Shown piece by piece: positions 1 to 9,127 of a stretch of DNA of 64,000 bases. Within the stretch, counting starts at the first letter, position 1, and every line of letters starts with the position of its first letter. The DNA is from Usitatibacteraceae bacterium. GTDB taxonomy: Bacteria; Pseudomonadota; Gammaproteobacteria; Burkholderiales; Usitatibacteraceae. Where the stretch lies: contig JBIIYQ010000001.1 of NCBI GenBank assembly GCA_044346745.1, positions 26,156-90,155 on the forward strand, written 5' to 3'. Under the pieces are notes generated by a model. The model was not told the origin of the DNA. It did not search any database and was given only the letters and a program-made list of their open reading frames with translations. A program made the translations under genes and the position numbers.

Positions 1-1537
1 TCAGCGACCGCGTGAGAATGTTGGCCCCCTCCACAGTGATCGCGATCGGCACCTGCTGATAGGCGCGTCCAAGGTAATTGTTTGGCCCTAGGCAGATGCC
101 TTTACCACCATGAATGTCCATTGCGTCGACGACCACCTGTCGCATGCGCTCGGTCGCGTGGTACTTTGATATGGCAGAAAGAACCGAGGGTTTCTCGCCA
201 AGATCCAGCGCACCGGCAGTAATGGTGCGCGTTGCGTCCATTAGATATGTCATCGCGCCAATTCTGGCGAGCGGCTCTTCGATGCCTTCGAACTTGCCAA
301 TGGCGGTCTTGAACTGCTGTCGAACGCGTGAATACGCGCCAGCGGTGAACGAGGTGACTTTGCCGGCTGCAATCGATTGTGCTGGTAAGGAAATCGAGCG
401 TCCCGCCGCAAGACACTCCATCAGCATACGCCAGCCCTGCCCGAGCATCGCTTCGCCGCCAATGATCCATTCCATCGGAATAAACACATCTTTGCCGGAA
501 TTTGGGCCGTTCATGAACGCGGCGTTCAGCGTCATGTGGCGACGGCCAATCACAACGCCGGGATGGTTGGTGGGAATCAATGCGCAGGTGATACCAAGAT
601 CAGTTTCGCCGCCCAGTAATTTGTCTGGGTCGTACGCCTTGAAAGCCAAGCCGAGAATGGTCGCAATCGGGCCCAAGGTGATGTAACGTTTTTCCCATGT
701 GACACGCAGCCCGATCGTTTCCACACCCTGCCACATTTGTTTGCATACAATACCCGCGTCTGGCATTGACGCAGCATCCGAGCCGGCCTCCGGCGCAGTT
801 AGCGCGAAACAAGGAATCTCAAGACCTTTTGCGAGCCGCGGCAGATAGTAGTCTTTCTGAGCCTTGGTACCGTAGTGCATCAGCAATTCGCCTGGGCCTA
901 ACGAATTTGGCACCATGACCGAAACGGCGGCGGTCGAGGATCGCGTCGAGATCTTCATCACGACTTGGCTATGGCCATACGCGGAGAAACCCTTGCCGCC
1001 ATACTCCTTCGGGATGATCATACCGAGGAAGCCGTGGTCCTTGATGAAATGCCAGACACTCGGCGGCAGATCATGGGCTTGGTGTGTGATGTTCCACTCG
1101 TCCAACATGCTGCACAGCTCATGAGTTGGGCCGTCGATAAACGCCTGCTCTTCGGCAGACAGCGTGGCGCGCGGCACCGCGAGCCATTTATTCCAGTCTG
1201 GTTTGCCTGAAAAGAGATCACCATCCCACCAAACCGTACCGGCCTCGAGCGCTTCTTGCTCGGTGGAAGACATTTGCGGCAATAACTTCTTGTATGTCGC
1301 AAAAATCGGCGACGATAACAATGCGACGCGCAAGACTTTGCTGTTGGCGATTACAGCAAAGGCGATAAATGCGAGCCATAGCATGCCCGCCAGTACGCCA
1401 GTCACTGCGCCGGTCGCAGATCCGACCAGAAGGGTGATACACACAACCACCGACCAGACCAGCGCTGATGCAGAGTGGTAGGCCAGTGCCCAAACGACAG
1501 CTAAGGCAACAAGTAGAGTAATGAAGAAATTCAACAT
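1..1537 (-). CDS. fadE: FadE-type acyl-CoA dehydrogenase; C-terminal part lies beyond the left window edge
   Basis: Absent from the ORF track because no stop codon lies in the window. My translation of the minus strand from ATG (1537-1535) gives MLNFFITLLVALAVVWALAYH... with hydrophobic N-terminal segments. It continues through GMIIPKEYGGKGFSAYGHSQV, PCFALTAPEAGSDAASMPD and AYQQVPIAITVEGANILTRSL, still open at position 2. Collinear with E. coli FadE. Confidence 0.9.
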   Translation of the reverse strand, partial: MLNFFITLLVALAVVWALAYHSASALVWSVVVCITLLVGSATGAVTGVLAGMLWLAFIAFAVIANSKVLRVALLSSPIFATYKKLLPQMSSTEQEALEAGTVWWDGDLFSGKPDWNKWLAVPRATLSAEEQAFIDGPTHELCSMLDEWNITHQAHDLPPSVWHFIKDHGFLGMIIPKEYGGKGFSAYGHSQVVMKISTRSSTAAVSVMVPNSLGPGELLMHYGTKAQKDYYLPRLAKGLEIPCFALTAPEAGSDAASMPDAGIVCKQMWQGVETIGLRVTWEKRYITLGPIATILGLAFKAYDPDKLLGGETDLGITCALIPTNHPGVVIGRRHMTLNAAFMNGPNSGKDVFIPMEWIIGGEAMLGQGWRMLMECLAAGRSISLPAQSIAAGKVTSFTAGAYSRVRQQFKTAIGKFEGIEEPLARIGAMTYLMDATRTITAGALDLGEKPSVLSAISKYHATERMRQVVVDAMDIHGGKGICLGPNNYLGRAYQQVPIAITVEGANILTRSL

Positions 1538-1598
1538 GGCGCTTCCTTTTCGATAACGGGTCAGTCGTGCGGCGAACGTTTTACTTCCGTGGTATCTT

Positions 1599-2387
1599 TC
1601 AGTCTGATTCGGCAAACCATTGGTGCTGGTCCTGCGGTGTGCCGACCGGCGCTCGCAGCCCAGCAGCCAAGAACGGTGCCAATCGCATTAGGAGTAGTTC
1701 ATCGTTGTCGGCGTCATCCGGGCGAATCTGCGAAATCAACTTGAGACCGTCACTTCCTGCCAACGTGTAGGAAAGCGCACCCATTACAAAGTGCAGCCGC
1801 CACGAGACCTCCTCACGAGGCAGATGTGGCAATGCCTCACCAAATGCGGCACGGAAGCGACCAACCATCTCGGCATATTGCAGCGAGAGAAATTCGCGGA
1901 TGAATGGAGCAGGGTCGGCGTAAGCTCGACCGAGTAAACGAAGAAAGTTCTTTCCGCCTTGTTCGTGATCTCGGGCTAACTTCAACGCGGGGATGAACAT
2001 CGCGGAAATGATTCGCTCACAAGTTAACGGCTGGCCACCAGCGACCGCCTGATAAGCAGCGAGCAGTGCCACGCGCTCGTGGTTCATGGGGTCCAGACGC
2101 CGGGTAAACACCGCCTGGAAGAGCTCCTCTTTGGAGCCAAAGTGATAGTTGGAAGCGGCAACGTTAACCCCAGCGGCTGTTGTGATCAGGCGCAAACTGG
2201 TGGCCTCGAAGCCATGCTCCATAAACAGCTCTTCAGCTGCGTCGAGAATCCTGCGTTTGGTATCACCCACGTCGACCGACTTGTCGGTCAGCTTGCCGAC
2301 CACAGCGGCACCGACGACGTCAGATACGCGAGCCGCATCTCCAGAGGTAACCTCTTGAGGCAGTCGCCGCACTACTGGTTGGCTCAT
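1599..2387 (-). CDS. TetR/AcrR family transcriptional regulator, directly upstream of fadE on the same strand
   Basis: 262-aa ORF. The HTH region KRRILDAAEELFMEHGFEATSLRLITTAAGVNVAASNYHFGSKEELF is the TetR signature. A 61-nt gap to the fadE start suggests one unit. About 45 aa precede the HTH, so the true start is uncertain. Confidence 0.85.
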   Translation of the reverse strand: MSQPVVRRLPQEVTSGDAARVSDVVGAAVVGKLTDKSVDVGDTKRRILDAAEELFMEHGFEATSLRLITTAAGVNVAASNYHFGSKEELFQAVFTRRLDPMNHERVALLAAYQAVAGGQPLTCERIISAMFIPALKLARDHEQGGKNFLRLLGRAYADPAPFIREFLSLQYAEMVGRFRAAFGEALPHLPREEVSWRLHFVMGALSYTLAGSDGLKLISQIRPDDADNDELLLMRLAPFLAAGLRAPVGTPQDQHQWFAESD

Positions 2388-2437
2388 TGTCTTTTCATTT
2401 CAGTGAGTTACGCTGCAAGACCAAAGAATTCAAACGA

Positions 2438-2450
2438 TTGTTTAAAACAA
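2438..2450. promoter_or_regulatory. 13-bp perfect palindrome TTGTTTAAAACAA about 50 nt upstream of the TetR start; candidate operator
   Basis: Dyad TTGTTT-A-AAACAA read directly. The position fits an autoregulated TetR promoter. There is no other support. Confidence 0.2.
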
Positions 2451-2538
2451 GCGTATTACCACTTATGGATAGGTGTCAATCACAATCGATGTTGCGGCGC
2501 AGCAACCGGGCGCGATGGATCATCGTTTCACTTGGGAA

Positions 2539-2592
2539 GTTCCAATAACTCCTTCGTCCCAGCCTCCGCTGGGACGAAGGAGTTATTGGAAC
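2539..2592. repeat. REP-like perfect palindrome (25-bp arms, 4-nt loop)
   Basis: GTTCCAATAACTCCTTCGTCCCAGC-CTCC-GCTGGGACGAAGGAGTTATTGGAAC read directly. The core GTCCCAGC..GCTGGGAC resembles the partial copy GGTCCCCGCCTCCGCAGGGTC (minus strand) at 40708-40728. Both strands translate to ..VPA(S/E)AGT.., which explains the mirror ORFs 2476..2715 and 2528..2713. Confidence 0.8.
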
Positions 2593-2674
2593 CCCATTGT
2601 GGTGGAGACCATCTGGTGGGCACGTTGAGACACTTATGCCTGGAAAGGTGCGTGAATAAACGACTTTCACCAAC

Positions 2675-2704
2675 AAAAAAGCCGCTCGATGAGCGGCTTT
2701 CTTT
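2675..2704 (-). terminator. Rho-independent terminator (usable in both directions)
   Basis: Minus-strand RNA is AAAGCCGCUC-AUCG-AGCGGCUUU followed by UUUUGUUGG. It sits 15 nt downstream of the small ORF 2719..2850. Confidence 0.7.
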
Positions 2705-2718
2705 GAAATGCACAAAAT

Positions 2719-2850
2719 CTAGTTCTTCTTGATTGCTTCCAACATCTTAAAGGTCGACTTGTTTGCGCCGATGAAAAGGCGTTTGAAATATTTGCCTAAA
2801 CAACGACGCTCTAGCGCGTTGCGGCGGGTACGCTTGCGTTCGCCTGCCAT
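2719..2850 (-). CDS. small basic protein, 43 aa (below the ORF-track cutoff)
   Basis: My translation is MAGERKRTRRNALERRCLGKYFKRLFIGANKSTFKMLEAIKKN. It has AGGAG 5 nt upstream of the ATG, a perfect TATAAT about 40 nt upstream (2888-2893) and a canonical terminator just downstream. No family recognised. Confidence 0.5.
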   Translation of the reverse strand: MAGERKRTRRNALERRCLGKYFKRLFIGANKSTFKMLEAIKKN

Positions 2851-2934
2851 GGTGACTCCTATCGGTGATTAAGTTTCAAAGACTTTGAATTATAGAGGAT
2901 TCGGCAGATCAGACTGTGCGAGTATTGCGCCCCG

Positions 2935-5643
2935 CTAAGCCGCCGCGCGCTGTAGCGATGCCTTAAGCGCTTCTGTTAGCGTACTCAGGCTCTCGCCCAA
3001 GTGCGCTTTCGCTTCCTTGCTCATCGGTTTTGCCATCGCCGCACGGATTTGCCCCTGCAACTGGATTGCACCGTCGCGCATCAGACTACGAACGTCGGCT
3101 GGACTGTTGGCGGTCGCGCGGGTCAGCGCGTTGCCGATACGCTTGATGTGTTCACGCTGTAGGTTTCGACGCATGGTGCTGATTTCGCCGCCGGTTCGCA
3201 GTTCCGACCATATCGCGTTTTGCAGGGTATCGTAGACCTCGGACAACTTCATCGCATCAACGGGTTTTGCTACCTTGTCCTGACTATCCAACAGACGCTG
3301 TGCGACTGTGTCCGCGTACAAGATATCCAAAGTCCCACGTTGCAAATTCAGCACCGAGTTGGCAATCGAAATGTCTGGATTGCCGCGACCGGGGCCCCAG
3401 CGGTCAAAGTGATCAATGGAAAGTCGGGACACAAACTCAGGCTTCAATTTGAAACTATCCACCTTAAAGATACCGTCAGTCAACAGCTGCAGCGCTTCGC
3501 GTTGTTTGGCCACAGGTGTCGGCGTATAAAGGGCATTGGGACTACCGGCACGATCACGCACGTGTTTTACACCACCAACATACTTGGCGAGTGACGGTGT
3601 TATTTGGCTGAGCGAGCGGAACCCGGATGAAAAGGAGCGGGTCAGGCGTTCGTAACTTTCTCCCGGTTTCAACTGTAGTGTTTGCAGTCGATCCCACAAT
3701 TCACGTGTCAGCTTCATCCGTTTATGGTAGTACTCGATCGGGTCTGCGCCTAAGTCGCGCTGGTTGACTTCCGGATCCATGCCCGCGATCGCGTCCTCGT
3801 CGGTCGCGTAAGCGAGCAACGGATTCGTAGTGGCTTTCAGTGCAATTGCTGCCAGTTCAGCCTTTTCAGTCTTCGGGTCGAGCGGCTTGTAGGCGTATTC
3901 GACCGCGAGGTAATCGTACGGGCCTAGCGTCGACATGACATATTCACCCTGCTTCTCGCCATTCAGCGCGAGATTGAACGGGTTGTATTCCATCACCGAT
4001 CCAGCAATGCCATTGACCTTTGTAAAGTTCGGGTCTTGGATCTGTTTGGCCGTGTAGATCATGGACGAACGGAAGTTATGGCGGAACCCTAAGGTGTGCC
4101 CTACCTCGTGCATGATGACGTCAAGCACATAGGCTTGGGCGAGTTTTTCGGCTTCGGGGGAGTCCATCTCTAATCCGCGCGCTTCCAAGACATCCATCGC
4201 GAAATTGAGGTCATGCGCCTTTTCCGACATGTAGTTGCACTGCATGTATAGCGCCTGCTGCTTTAACGACGGCGTCATCGCACCGGCCAAAGCTGCGTCT
4301 AACACCAGCGGTTTGCCGATGTCTTCAACGACCAGTCGACGTGCACCACGACCAAAGACGTCTGACATACCGATGTCCGCATCGAGGATCTCACCGGTAC
4401 GCGGGTCCTTGTGCGATGGTCCGATCGCAAAACCGACATCGGCGCCGGTGAACCAACGCACGGACGCATGGCGCGCATCCATGGTGTCGAAATCGTCTTT
4501 TTCCGTCTGCTGTTTAGCCACAATCGCATCCTTGAAGCCAATCTTCTCAAACGCCTTGTTCCACTCGAGCACACCGAGTTCTACCGACTTGCGATATTTG
4601 ATCGGGATATTCTTGTCCAGCCAAAACACGATCGGCTGTTTTGGCTCAGACAGCGCGGCGACCGCATCCTTCTTCTCAAGTCTCCAACGATTGACAAAGT
4701 GTTGCTTGGTCTTTGCCGACAAATCCTCATCGTAACTTACCCGTGTGCTCACGAAGTGTCCGACTCGCTCGTCGGCTACGCGCGGCGCCATCGGCTCATC
4801 CGGCAACTTCGCAAACGAATACATGAAGCTAACAAACAAGCTGCGCGGATCCGGTGTGGCCTGCGGAGGCGTAGGCATCGGTACCGGCGACGGCGTCAGC
4901 GGTGGCGCTGACAACTTCGGCACGTTGAAATGCGCTTGCACCTTCATCGCCGTGATCATGTCATTGTTAGTGACTTGCGAAAAGCTGGTGTTGCGGGTAT
5001 CAAGCGCGAATGGCATGCGGTAAGCAAACTCAAGGCGTGTCAGGTATCCAGGGATATCGGCAAACAGCAGGGCGCTAGCGTCAATCAGAATCGCCTTGGA
5101 CTCCGGATCCGCTGCAGATGCTGCAACCGCACTGGAAAGTAAGGAGTCCGAAAAACTCTCGGAGACAAACTGCGCTTGGGGTGTGCCTGGTGTTGCGTAA
5201 AACTCGGCGTTCTTCGCCAGTAGCTGAATCTGATTGCCAATTTTCTTGAACACTGCCATTTCAGCCCCGCCCATCTGCGAGCCGTACAAGCCACGCTCCC
5301 CAACGCTTTGCGGAATGTTGTAGGTGAAGAAAAATGGCTTATCGAACTGCTCCGGCTTAATCGCCAGCCAGACTTTTTCATCCTTCTGGTAAGTCGTAAA
5401 GAACCCCGGCGTCATCTTTGCCTCTTTGATGATCTCGCGGAAGGGGCGCGGGGCGCTTGGCGTCGGCGCACCGGCCGCAGGTGCGCCCGATGCCGCAGTG
5501 GCACCGGTGGCCAGCGGAACTGGAGCACCTGTAGGCGCTTGGGCAAACCCTGAAGATGCAAACGTCGCAAGGACTACAGCAACGAGTGTTTTGCGTACCA
5601 GCGGTGTAAACGAATCGCGTGATGCTTTTAGAAACGACGGCAT
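2935..5643 (-). CDS. secreted zinc-dependent metalloprotease (HExxH)
   Basis: The ORF track gives 2935..5907, but that extension overlaps erpA and its terminator. The internal ATG at 5643 has GAAGGAA upstream and gives a signal peptide, MPSFLKASRDSFTPLVRKTLVAVVLATFASSGFAQAP. Zinc motif IMHEVGHTLGFRHNF. About 900 aa. Confidence 0.85.
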   Translation of the reverse strand: MPSFLKASRDSFTPLVRKTLVAVVLATFASSGFAQAPTGAPVPLATGATAASGAPAAGAPTPSAPRPFREIIKEAKMTPGFFTTYQKDEKVWLAIKPEQFDKPFFFTYNIPQSVGERGLYGSQMGGAEMAVFKKIGNQIQLLAKNAEFYATPGTPQAQFVSESFSDSLLSSAVAASAADPESKAILIDASALLFADIPGYLTRLEFAYRMPFALDTRNTSFSQVTNNDMITAMKVQAHFNVPKLSAPPLTPSPVPMPTPPQATPDPRSLFVSFMYSFAKLPDEPMAPRVADERVGHFVSTRVSYDEDLSAKTKQHFVNRWRLEKKDAVAALSEPKQPIVFWLDKNIPIKYRKSVELGVLEWNKAFEKIGFKDAIVAKQQTEKDDFDTMDARHASVRWFTGADVGFAIGPSHKDPRTGEILDADIGMSDVFGRGARRLVVEDIGKPLVLDAALAGAMTPSLKQQALYMQCNYMSEKAHDLNFAMDVLEARGLEMDSPEAEKLAQAYVLDVIMHEVGHTLGFRHNFRSSMIYTAKQIQDPNFTKVNGIAGSVMEYNPFNLALNGEKQGEYVMSTLGPYDYLAVEYAYKPLDPKTEKAELAAIALKATTNPLLAYATDEDAIAGMDPEVNQRDLGADPIEYYHKRMKLTRELWDRLQTLQLKPGESYERLTRSFSSGFRSLSQITPSLAKYVGGVKHVRDRAGSPNALYTPTPVAKQREALQLLTDGIFKVDSFKLKPEFVSRLSIDHFDRWGPGRGNPDISIANSVLNLQRGTLDILYADTVAQRLLDSQDKVAKPVDAMKLSEVYDTLQNAIWSELRTGGEISTMRRNLQREHIKRIGNALTRATANSPADVRSLMRDGAIQLQGQIRAAMAKPMSKEAKAHLGESLSTLTEALKASLQRAAA

Positions 5644-5817
5644 TGGTGTTCCTTCTCTAATGGCGTGAAACGACGGAGGGTTCGGCTTGTCTGGAAAACG
5701 GACAGAGTTTCGCGAAGCTATTACTGGCTTCCTGAAAACGGAAAACCATGCATTTACGACAAAACGCGAAAATGGTTCCAGCAATTGCCCTGAATAAAGA
5801 CTGGCATGATTTACAGC

Positions 5818-5843
5818 AAAAAAAACGGAGCCTGAAGGCTCCG
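5818..5843 (-). terminator. Rho-independent terminator of erpA
   Basis: Minus-strand RNA is CGGAGCC-UUCA-GGCUCCG followed by eight U. It begins 20 nt after the erpA stop. Confidence 0.8.
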
Positions 5844-5863
5844 CTGGTCTACGGCGTTTCCCG

Positions 5864-6214
5864 TTAAACCGAGAAGGACGATCCGCAACCGCATGTGCTA
5901 CTCGCATTTGGATTCTTGATCACAAACTGAGCGCCTTCCAGGCCTTCTGAGTAGTCAATCTCCGCCCCGATCAAGTACTGATAACTCATCGGGTCAATCA
6001 GTAATTGGACGCCATTCTTTTCCATTACCGTATCGTCTTCGTTGGATATCTCGTCAAACGTGAAGCCGTACTGTAGCCCGGAGCACCCACCGCCGGTCAC
6101 AAAGACGCGAAGTTTCAAGTCATCGTTGCCTTCTTCAACAATAAGCGCCTTGACCTTGTCAGCGGCGTTATCGGAAAAAACCAACGGGGCAGGCATCATG
6201 GACATGTCATTCAT
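5864..6214 (-). CDS. erpA: iron-sulfur cluster insertion protein ErpA (IscA/HesB family)
   Basis: 116 aa. [14 protein letters not shown] and C-terminal [11 protein letters not shown] are the A-type carrier motifs. It lies next to rpsI-rplM, as is common in Burkholderiales. Confidence 0.9.
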   Translation of the reverse strand: MNDMSMMPAPLVFSDNAADKVKALIVEEGNDDLKLRVFVTGGGCSGLQYGFTFDEISNEDDTVMEKNGVQLLIDPMSYQYLIGAEIDYSEGLEGAQFVIKNPNASSTCGCGSSFSV

Positions 6215-6277
6215 TTGGATCTCCTTACATCAATATTTCGGGACGGCAGAGTAATTGTCAAGCAGCGCGTTTGTGTT

Positions 6278-6682
6278 TCAGCCCTGTGCTGGTTTGAACT
6301 CGATGACTTTATCGCTGGCACGAACATCGGACTCGTGCACCATACGTCCCATGACAATCGCCCCGACATGAATTTCGATGATCTTGTAAGTCACGTCACC
6401 CATCACACGAGCCTTTGGCATCAACTCAATATACTCGCACGCCTTGATTGGCCCGGCTACCGAACCATTAACAACAACATGGGCGACTTCAATGTCGCCC
6501 TCAATTTTTGCCAGCTCCGACAAGACCAATGTGCTGGGCTTGTCACCAACAGCCTTGATGTTGCCCTTCACAGTACCATCCACTCGCAACCCGCCACTGA
6601 ATTGGATATCTCCAGTGATGATGGAACCCGCGCCGATGAGGCTGTCGATTGGGCTGGGTTTGTTCGATTTTGCGTTAAACAT
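6278..6682 (-). CDS. bactofilin family polymer-forming protein
   Basis: 134 aa of beta-helical repeat type: IITGDIQFSGGLRVDGTVKGNIKAVGDKPSTLVLSELAKIEGDIEVAHVVVNGSVAG. Confidence 0.85.
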   Translation of the reverse strand: MFNAKSNKPSPIDSLIGAGSIITGDIQFSGGLRVDGTVKGNIKAVGDKPSTLVLSELAKIEGDIEVAHVVVNGSVAGPIKACEYIELMPKARVMGDVTYKIIEIHVGAIVMGRMVHESDVRASDKVIEFKPAQG

Positions 6683-6700
6683 AACGACTCCCTGCTGATC

Positions 6701-7492
6701 CTAAAAATTGAGGCTACGCTGAGCCCTAACTTCATAGCTAGGGATCGCCAAGACTCGGACCTGTACACTTTTCAGTTGCGAACCTCCGGGAATTCTAAAC
6801 CTGCCGTCAATTTTTTGGTAAATGCGGAATTCGATTGTACCGCCTGCGGCGCGCAATTGGCCCTCTTCTGGAAAGCTTAGGACGGTTGGTGTCGCCACAC
6901 CGGGCACCTGTACCCGCGCGATGACCTGCACCTTGCCCTTAAAGTCCTGTTTGCGCTGTCCACCTTGGGTCAACAACAGTCGATAGCGGAATTCGTTGGG
7001 CAGCGCATCCGGTTCAACTTTAAAGTTCTGGATGGCAAATCCGTCCGGGACGCTACCAGAAGACATCACGTTGCGAAGAAAACCAAGGTCTTCCTTGAGC
7101 CCTGCGTTCTCATCTTGAAGCTGGGTTAGATTTTTTGTCAGCTCCGCTTGCGCCGCTGTTTCGACCTTAAGCTGACTTTCTTTGTCATTTAACATGGATT
7201 TGGTCGTCTCGTAGCCCAACTTAAGACGCAAATTTTCCGCTTTCAGCGACTCGATCTGCGCCTTGGCCTCCTCACGGCTAAACCCGGTGATCCGGTAGCT
7301 ATTGTCAACAATCACCCAAGCAATCGCGCAGGCTACCCCCATCGCCAAGCCATATGCACCGACCTTTACATACCATGGCACATGCGATTGAATCGCCACC
7401 TTTTCGGAGCGAATACCTATCTTTGAGCGAATCCTGCGCCACGATCCGCGTAATTTTATCTGGCCCAACATAGACGCTGATTGTCGGTGCAT
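6701..7492 (-). CDS. membrane-anchored coiled-coil protein upstream of bactofilin (function unknown)
   Basis: The ORF track gives 6701..7546. I prefer the ATG at 7492 (MHRQSASMLGQ...). One TM segment (WYVKVGAYGLAMGVACAIAWVIV) is followed by a heptad-rich segment, EEAKAQIESLKAENLRLKLGYETTKSML... The start is uncertain. Confidence 0.65.
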   Translation of the reverse strand: MHRQSASMLGQIKLRGSWRRIRSKIGIRSEKVAIQSHVPWYVKVGAYGLAMGVACAIAWVIVDNSYRITGFSREEAKAQIESLKAENLRLKLGYETTKSMLNDKESQLKVETAAQAELTKNLTQLQDENAGLKEDLGFLRNVMSSGSVPDGFAIQNFKVEPDALPNEFRYRLLLTQGGQRKQDFKGKVQVIARVQVPGVATPTVLSFPEEGQLRAAGGTIEFRIYQKIDGRFRIPGGSQLKSVQVRVLAIPSYEVRAQRSLNF

Positions 7493-7565
7493 GGTCGTTC
7501 GAAATGCGTGCCGAAACGAGAAGGGCTCCTTGTCGCAATGTGGCAACAGAAGCCAGTGCCTCGAA

Positions 7566-7598
7566 GGACAAAAAGCCGCATCAAGCGGCTTTTTGTCC
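7566..7598 (-). terminator. terminator after rpsI (14-bp perfect stem, bidirectional)
   Basis: GGACAAAAAGCCGC-ATCAA-GCGGCTTTTTGTCC read directly. It is 25 nt downstream of the rpsI stop. Confidence 0.8.
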
Positions 7599-7623
7599 TG
7601 TTTCTACGTCGCCCAATTCTCAA

Positions 7624-8016
7624 TTAGCGCTTCGAGAATTGCTTGCGACGGCGTGCCTTGTGCAAGCCAACTTTTTTACGTTCCACTTCCCGCGCATCGC
7701 GAGTAACTAAGCCGGCTTTCGACAACTGAGACTTCAGCGTTGCATCGAAATCGATCAGAGCACGGGTGATGCCGTGACGCACAGCGCCAGCCTGACCGGA
7801 TTCGCCACCACCAAAAACGTTGACCATGATGTCAAATGTGTCAGCATTCCCCGTCAGCTCTAGCGGCTGGCGGGCCACCATACGACCGGTCTCGCGAGAA
7901 AAATAGATGTCGATAGGCTTGTCATTGACAACAATGTTGCCCTTGCCAGGCTTGATAAAAACGCGTGCAACCGCACTTTTGCGGCGACCCGTACCATAGT
8001 GATATTTACCGACCAT
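7624..8016 (-). CDS. rpsI: 30S ribosomal protein S9
   Basis: 130 aa: [26 protein letters not shown] ... [11 protein letters not shown]. Confidence 0.95.
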   Translation of the reverse strand: MVGKYHYGTGRRKSAVARVFIKPGKGNIVVNDKPIDIYFSRETGRMVARQPLELTGNADTFDIMVNVFGGGESGQAGAVRHGITRALIDFDATLKSQLSKAGLVTRDAREVERKKVGLHKARRRKQFSKR

Positions 8017-8027
8017 TTTCGGGTTCC

Positions 8028-8456
8028 TTAAATCGAGAGTTCTTTGGGTTGCTGCGCCGCGTGCGGGTGGGAATTGCCAGCATAGATCTTGAGTTTCTTG
8101 ATCATCGCATAGCCAAGCGGGCCTTTTGGCAACATACCTTTCACGGCCTTTTCGAGGATACGCTCAGGATGTTTTTGTTGCAGCTTGTTGAAATTTGTTT
8201 CGTAGATGCCACCTGGATAGCCAGTGTGACGGTAGTATGTTTTATCTTCTGCTTTATTGCCTGTGACGCGCAGTTTTTCAATGTTGGTCACAACAATGAA
8301 ATCACCCGTGTCAACGTGTGGCGTGTATTCGGGCTTATGTTTGCCACGCAAACGACTCGCGACTTCTGCGGCCAACCGGCCCAGTACTTTGTCAGTCGCA
8401 TCAACGTGAAACCAACCGTGCACAACTTCATGCGGTTTGGCGGAAAAGGTCTTCAT
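8028..8456 (-). CDS. rplM: 50S ribosomal protein L13
   Basis: 142 aa: [56 protein letters not shown]. Confidence 0.95.
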   Translation of the reverse strand: MKTFSAKPHEVVHGWFHVDATDKVLGRLAAEVASRLRGKHKPEYTPHVDTGDFIVVTNIEKLRVTGNKAEDKTYYRHTGYPGGIYETNFNKLQQKHPERILEKAVKGMLPKGPLGYAMIKKLKIYAGNSHPHAAQQPKELSI

Positions 8457-8594
8457 AATGAGCTCGCTTAATTATTCGGTTTCTGCTTTGTCCACTCGTC
8501 GCGGTCGCGGTTCCGTCGCGATCTCACTAACTTGCGGACTCGTTATTTGCGCGGGTAACTTGCGCACGGGGGCAAACGATCAGCGAAGCATGAA

Positions 8595-8624
8595 ATTCTA
8601 ATGTATTCAATGGCATGCCGTCAA
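8595..8624 (-). promoter_or_regulatory. candidate sigma70 promoter of rplM-rpsI
   Basis: The minus strand reads TTGACG-N18-TAGAAT. It would give a leader of about 135 nt. Sequence match only. Confidence 0.4.
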
Positions 8625-8671
8625 CCCAAATCAAGCTGAGTTAGCGCTGACGGCAACTTAAGAGGTTCGAC

Positions 8672-9091
8672 ATGAAAACTCGCCTTCGCTGGAAACAGAA
8701 CGTCGCTTTTGAAGCGGAAACGGATTCCGGCCATAAATTGATGATGGACGGCTCGCCTGACGTAGGGGGCCAAAACCTTTGGCCAAGGCCAATGGAGACG
8801 GTGCTGGCTGGCACCGGCGCTTGCAGCGCCATCGACGTCATTCTCATTCTGAAAAAAGCTAGGCAACAGGTCACGGACTGCTACGTAGACGTAGAAGCCG
8901 AGCGGGCAACAACAGATCCGAAAGTGTTTACTCGCATACACTTCCATTTTGTGGTCACTGGCAAGGGCCTAGACTCTGCAAAGGTGGCGCGCGCTATCTC
9001 ATTATCAGCCGATGTTTACTGTTCGGCCTCCGCGATGTTGGCCAAGACCGCAAACATCACCCACGATTTCGAACTCATCGAGGCGCAATGA
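8672..9091 (+). CDS. OsmC family peroxiredoxin-like protein
   Basis: 139 aa: GGQNLWPRPMETVLAGTGACSAIDVILILKK ... SLSADVYCSASAML (two conserved Cys). RBS AAGAGG. Confidence 0.85.
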   Translation: MKTRLRWKQNVAFEAETDSGHKLMMDGSPDVGGQNLWPRPMETVLAGTGACSAIDVILILKKARQQVTDCYVDVEAERATTDPKVFTRIHFHFVVTGKGLDSAKVARAISLSADVYCSASAMLAKTANITHDFELIEAQ

Positions 9092-9127
9092 GAAAGGAAC
9101 GCCTTTCGTCCTTCTCCTACACCCGTT

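Noticed and set aside
114-1493. Several 60-190 aa ORFs on both strands at the left edge (for example 114..686 +, 1018..1302 -, 1218..1493 -)
   Set aside because: They are frame or strand shadows of the real fadE gene, which is open across 1-1537 on the minus strand but is not listed because it has no stop in the window. Their translations are low-complexity Arg/Ala/Pro-rich with no motifs.
5644-5907. N-terminal 88-aa extension of the metalloprotease ORF, and similar extensions on aspS, pepP, rplB, rplC, rplP, rpsN, ssb, dsbC-like, FmdB, int and the primase
   Set aside because: The extensions overlap upstream genes or terminators and lack an RBS. Internal ATGs give canonical N-termini or signal peptides with good Shine-Dalgarno sequences. 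The ORF track also writes TTG/GTG starts as M.
9091-9116. Imperfect hairpin between the convergent osmC and coq7 genes, considered as a bidirectional terminator
   Set aside because: The stem needs two bulges and there is no U-run on either strand. The evidence is insufficient.
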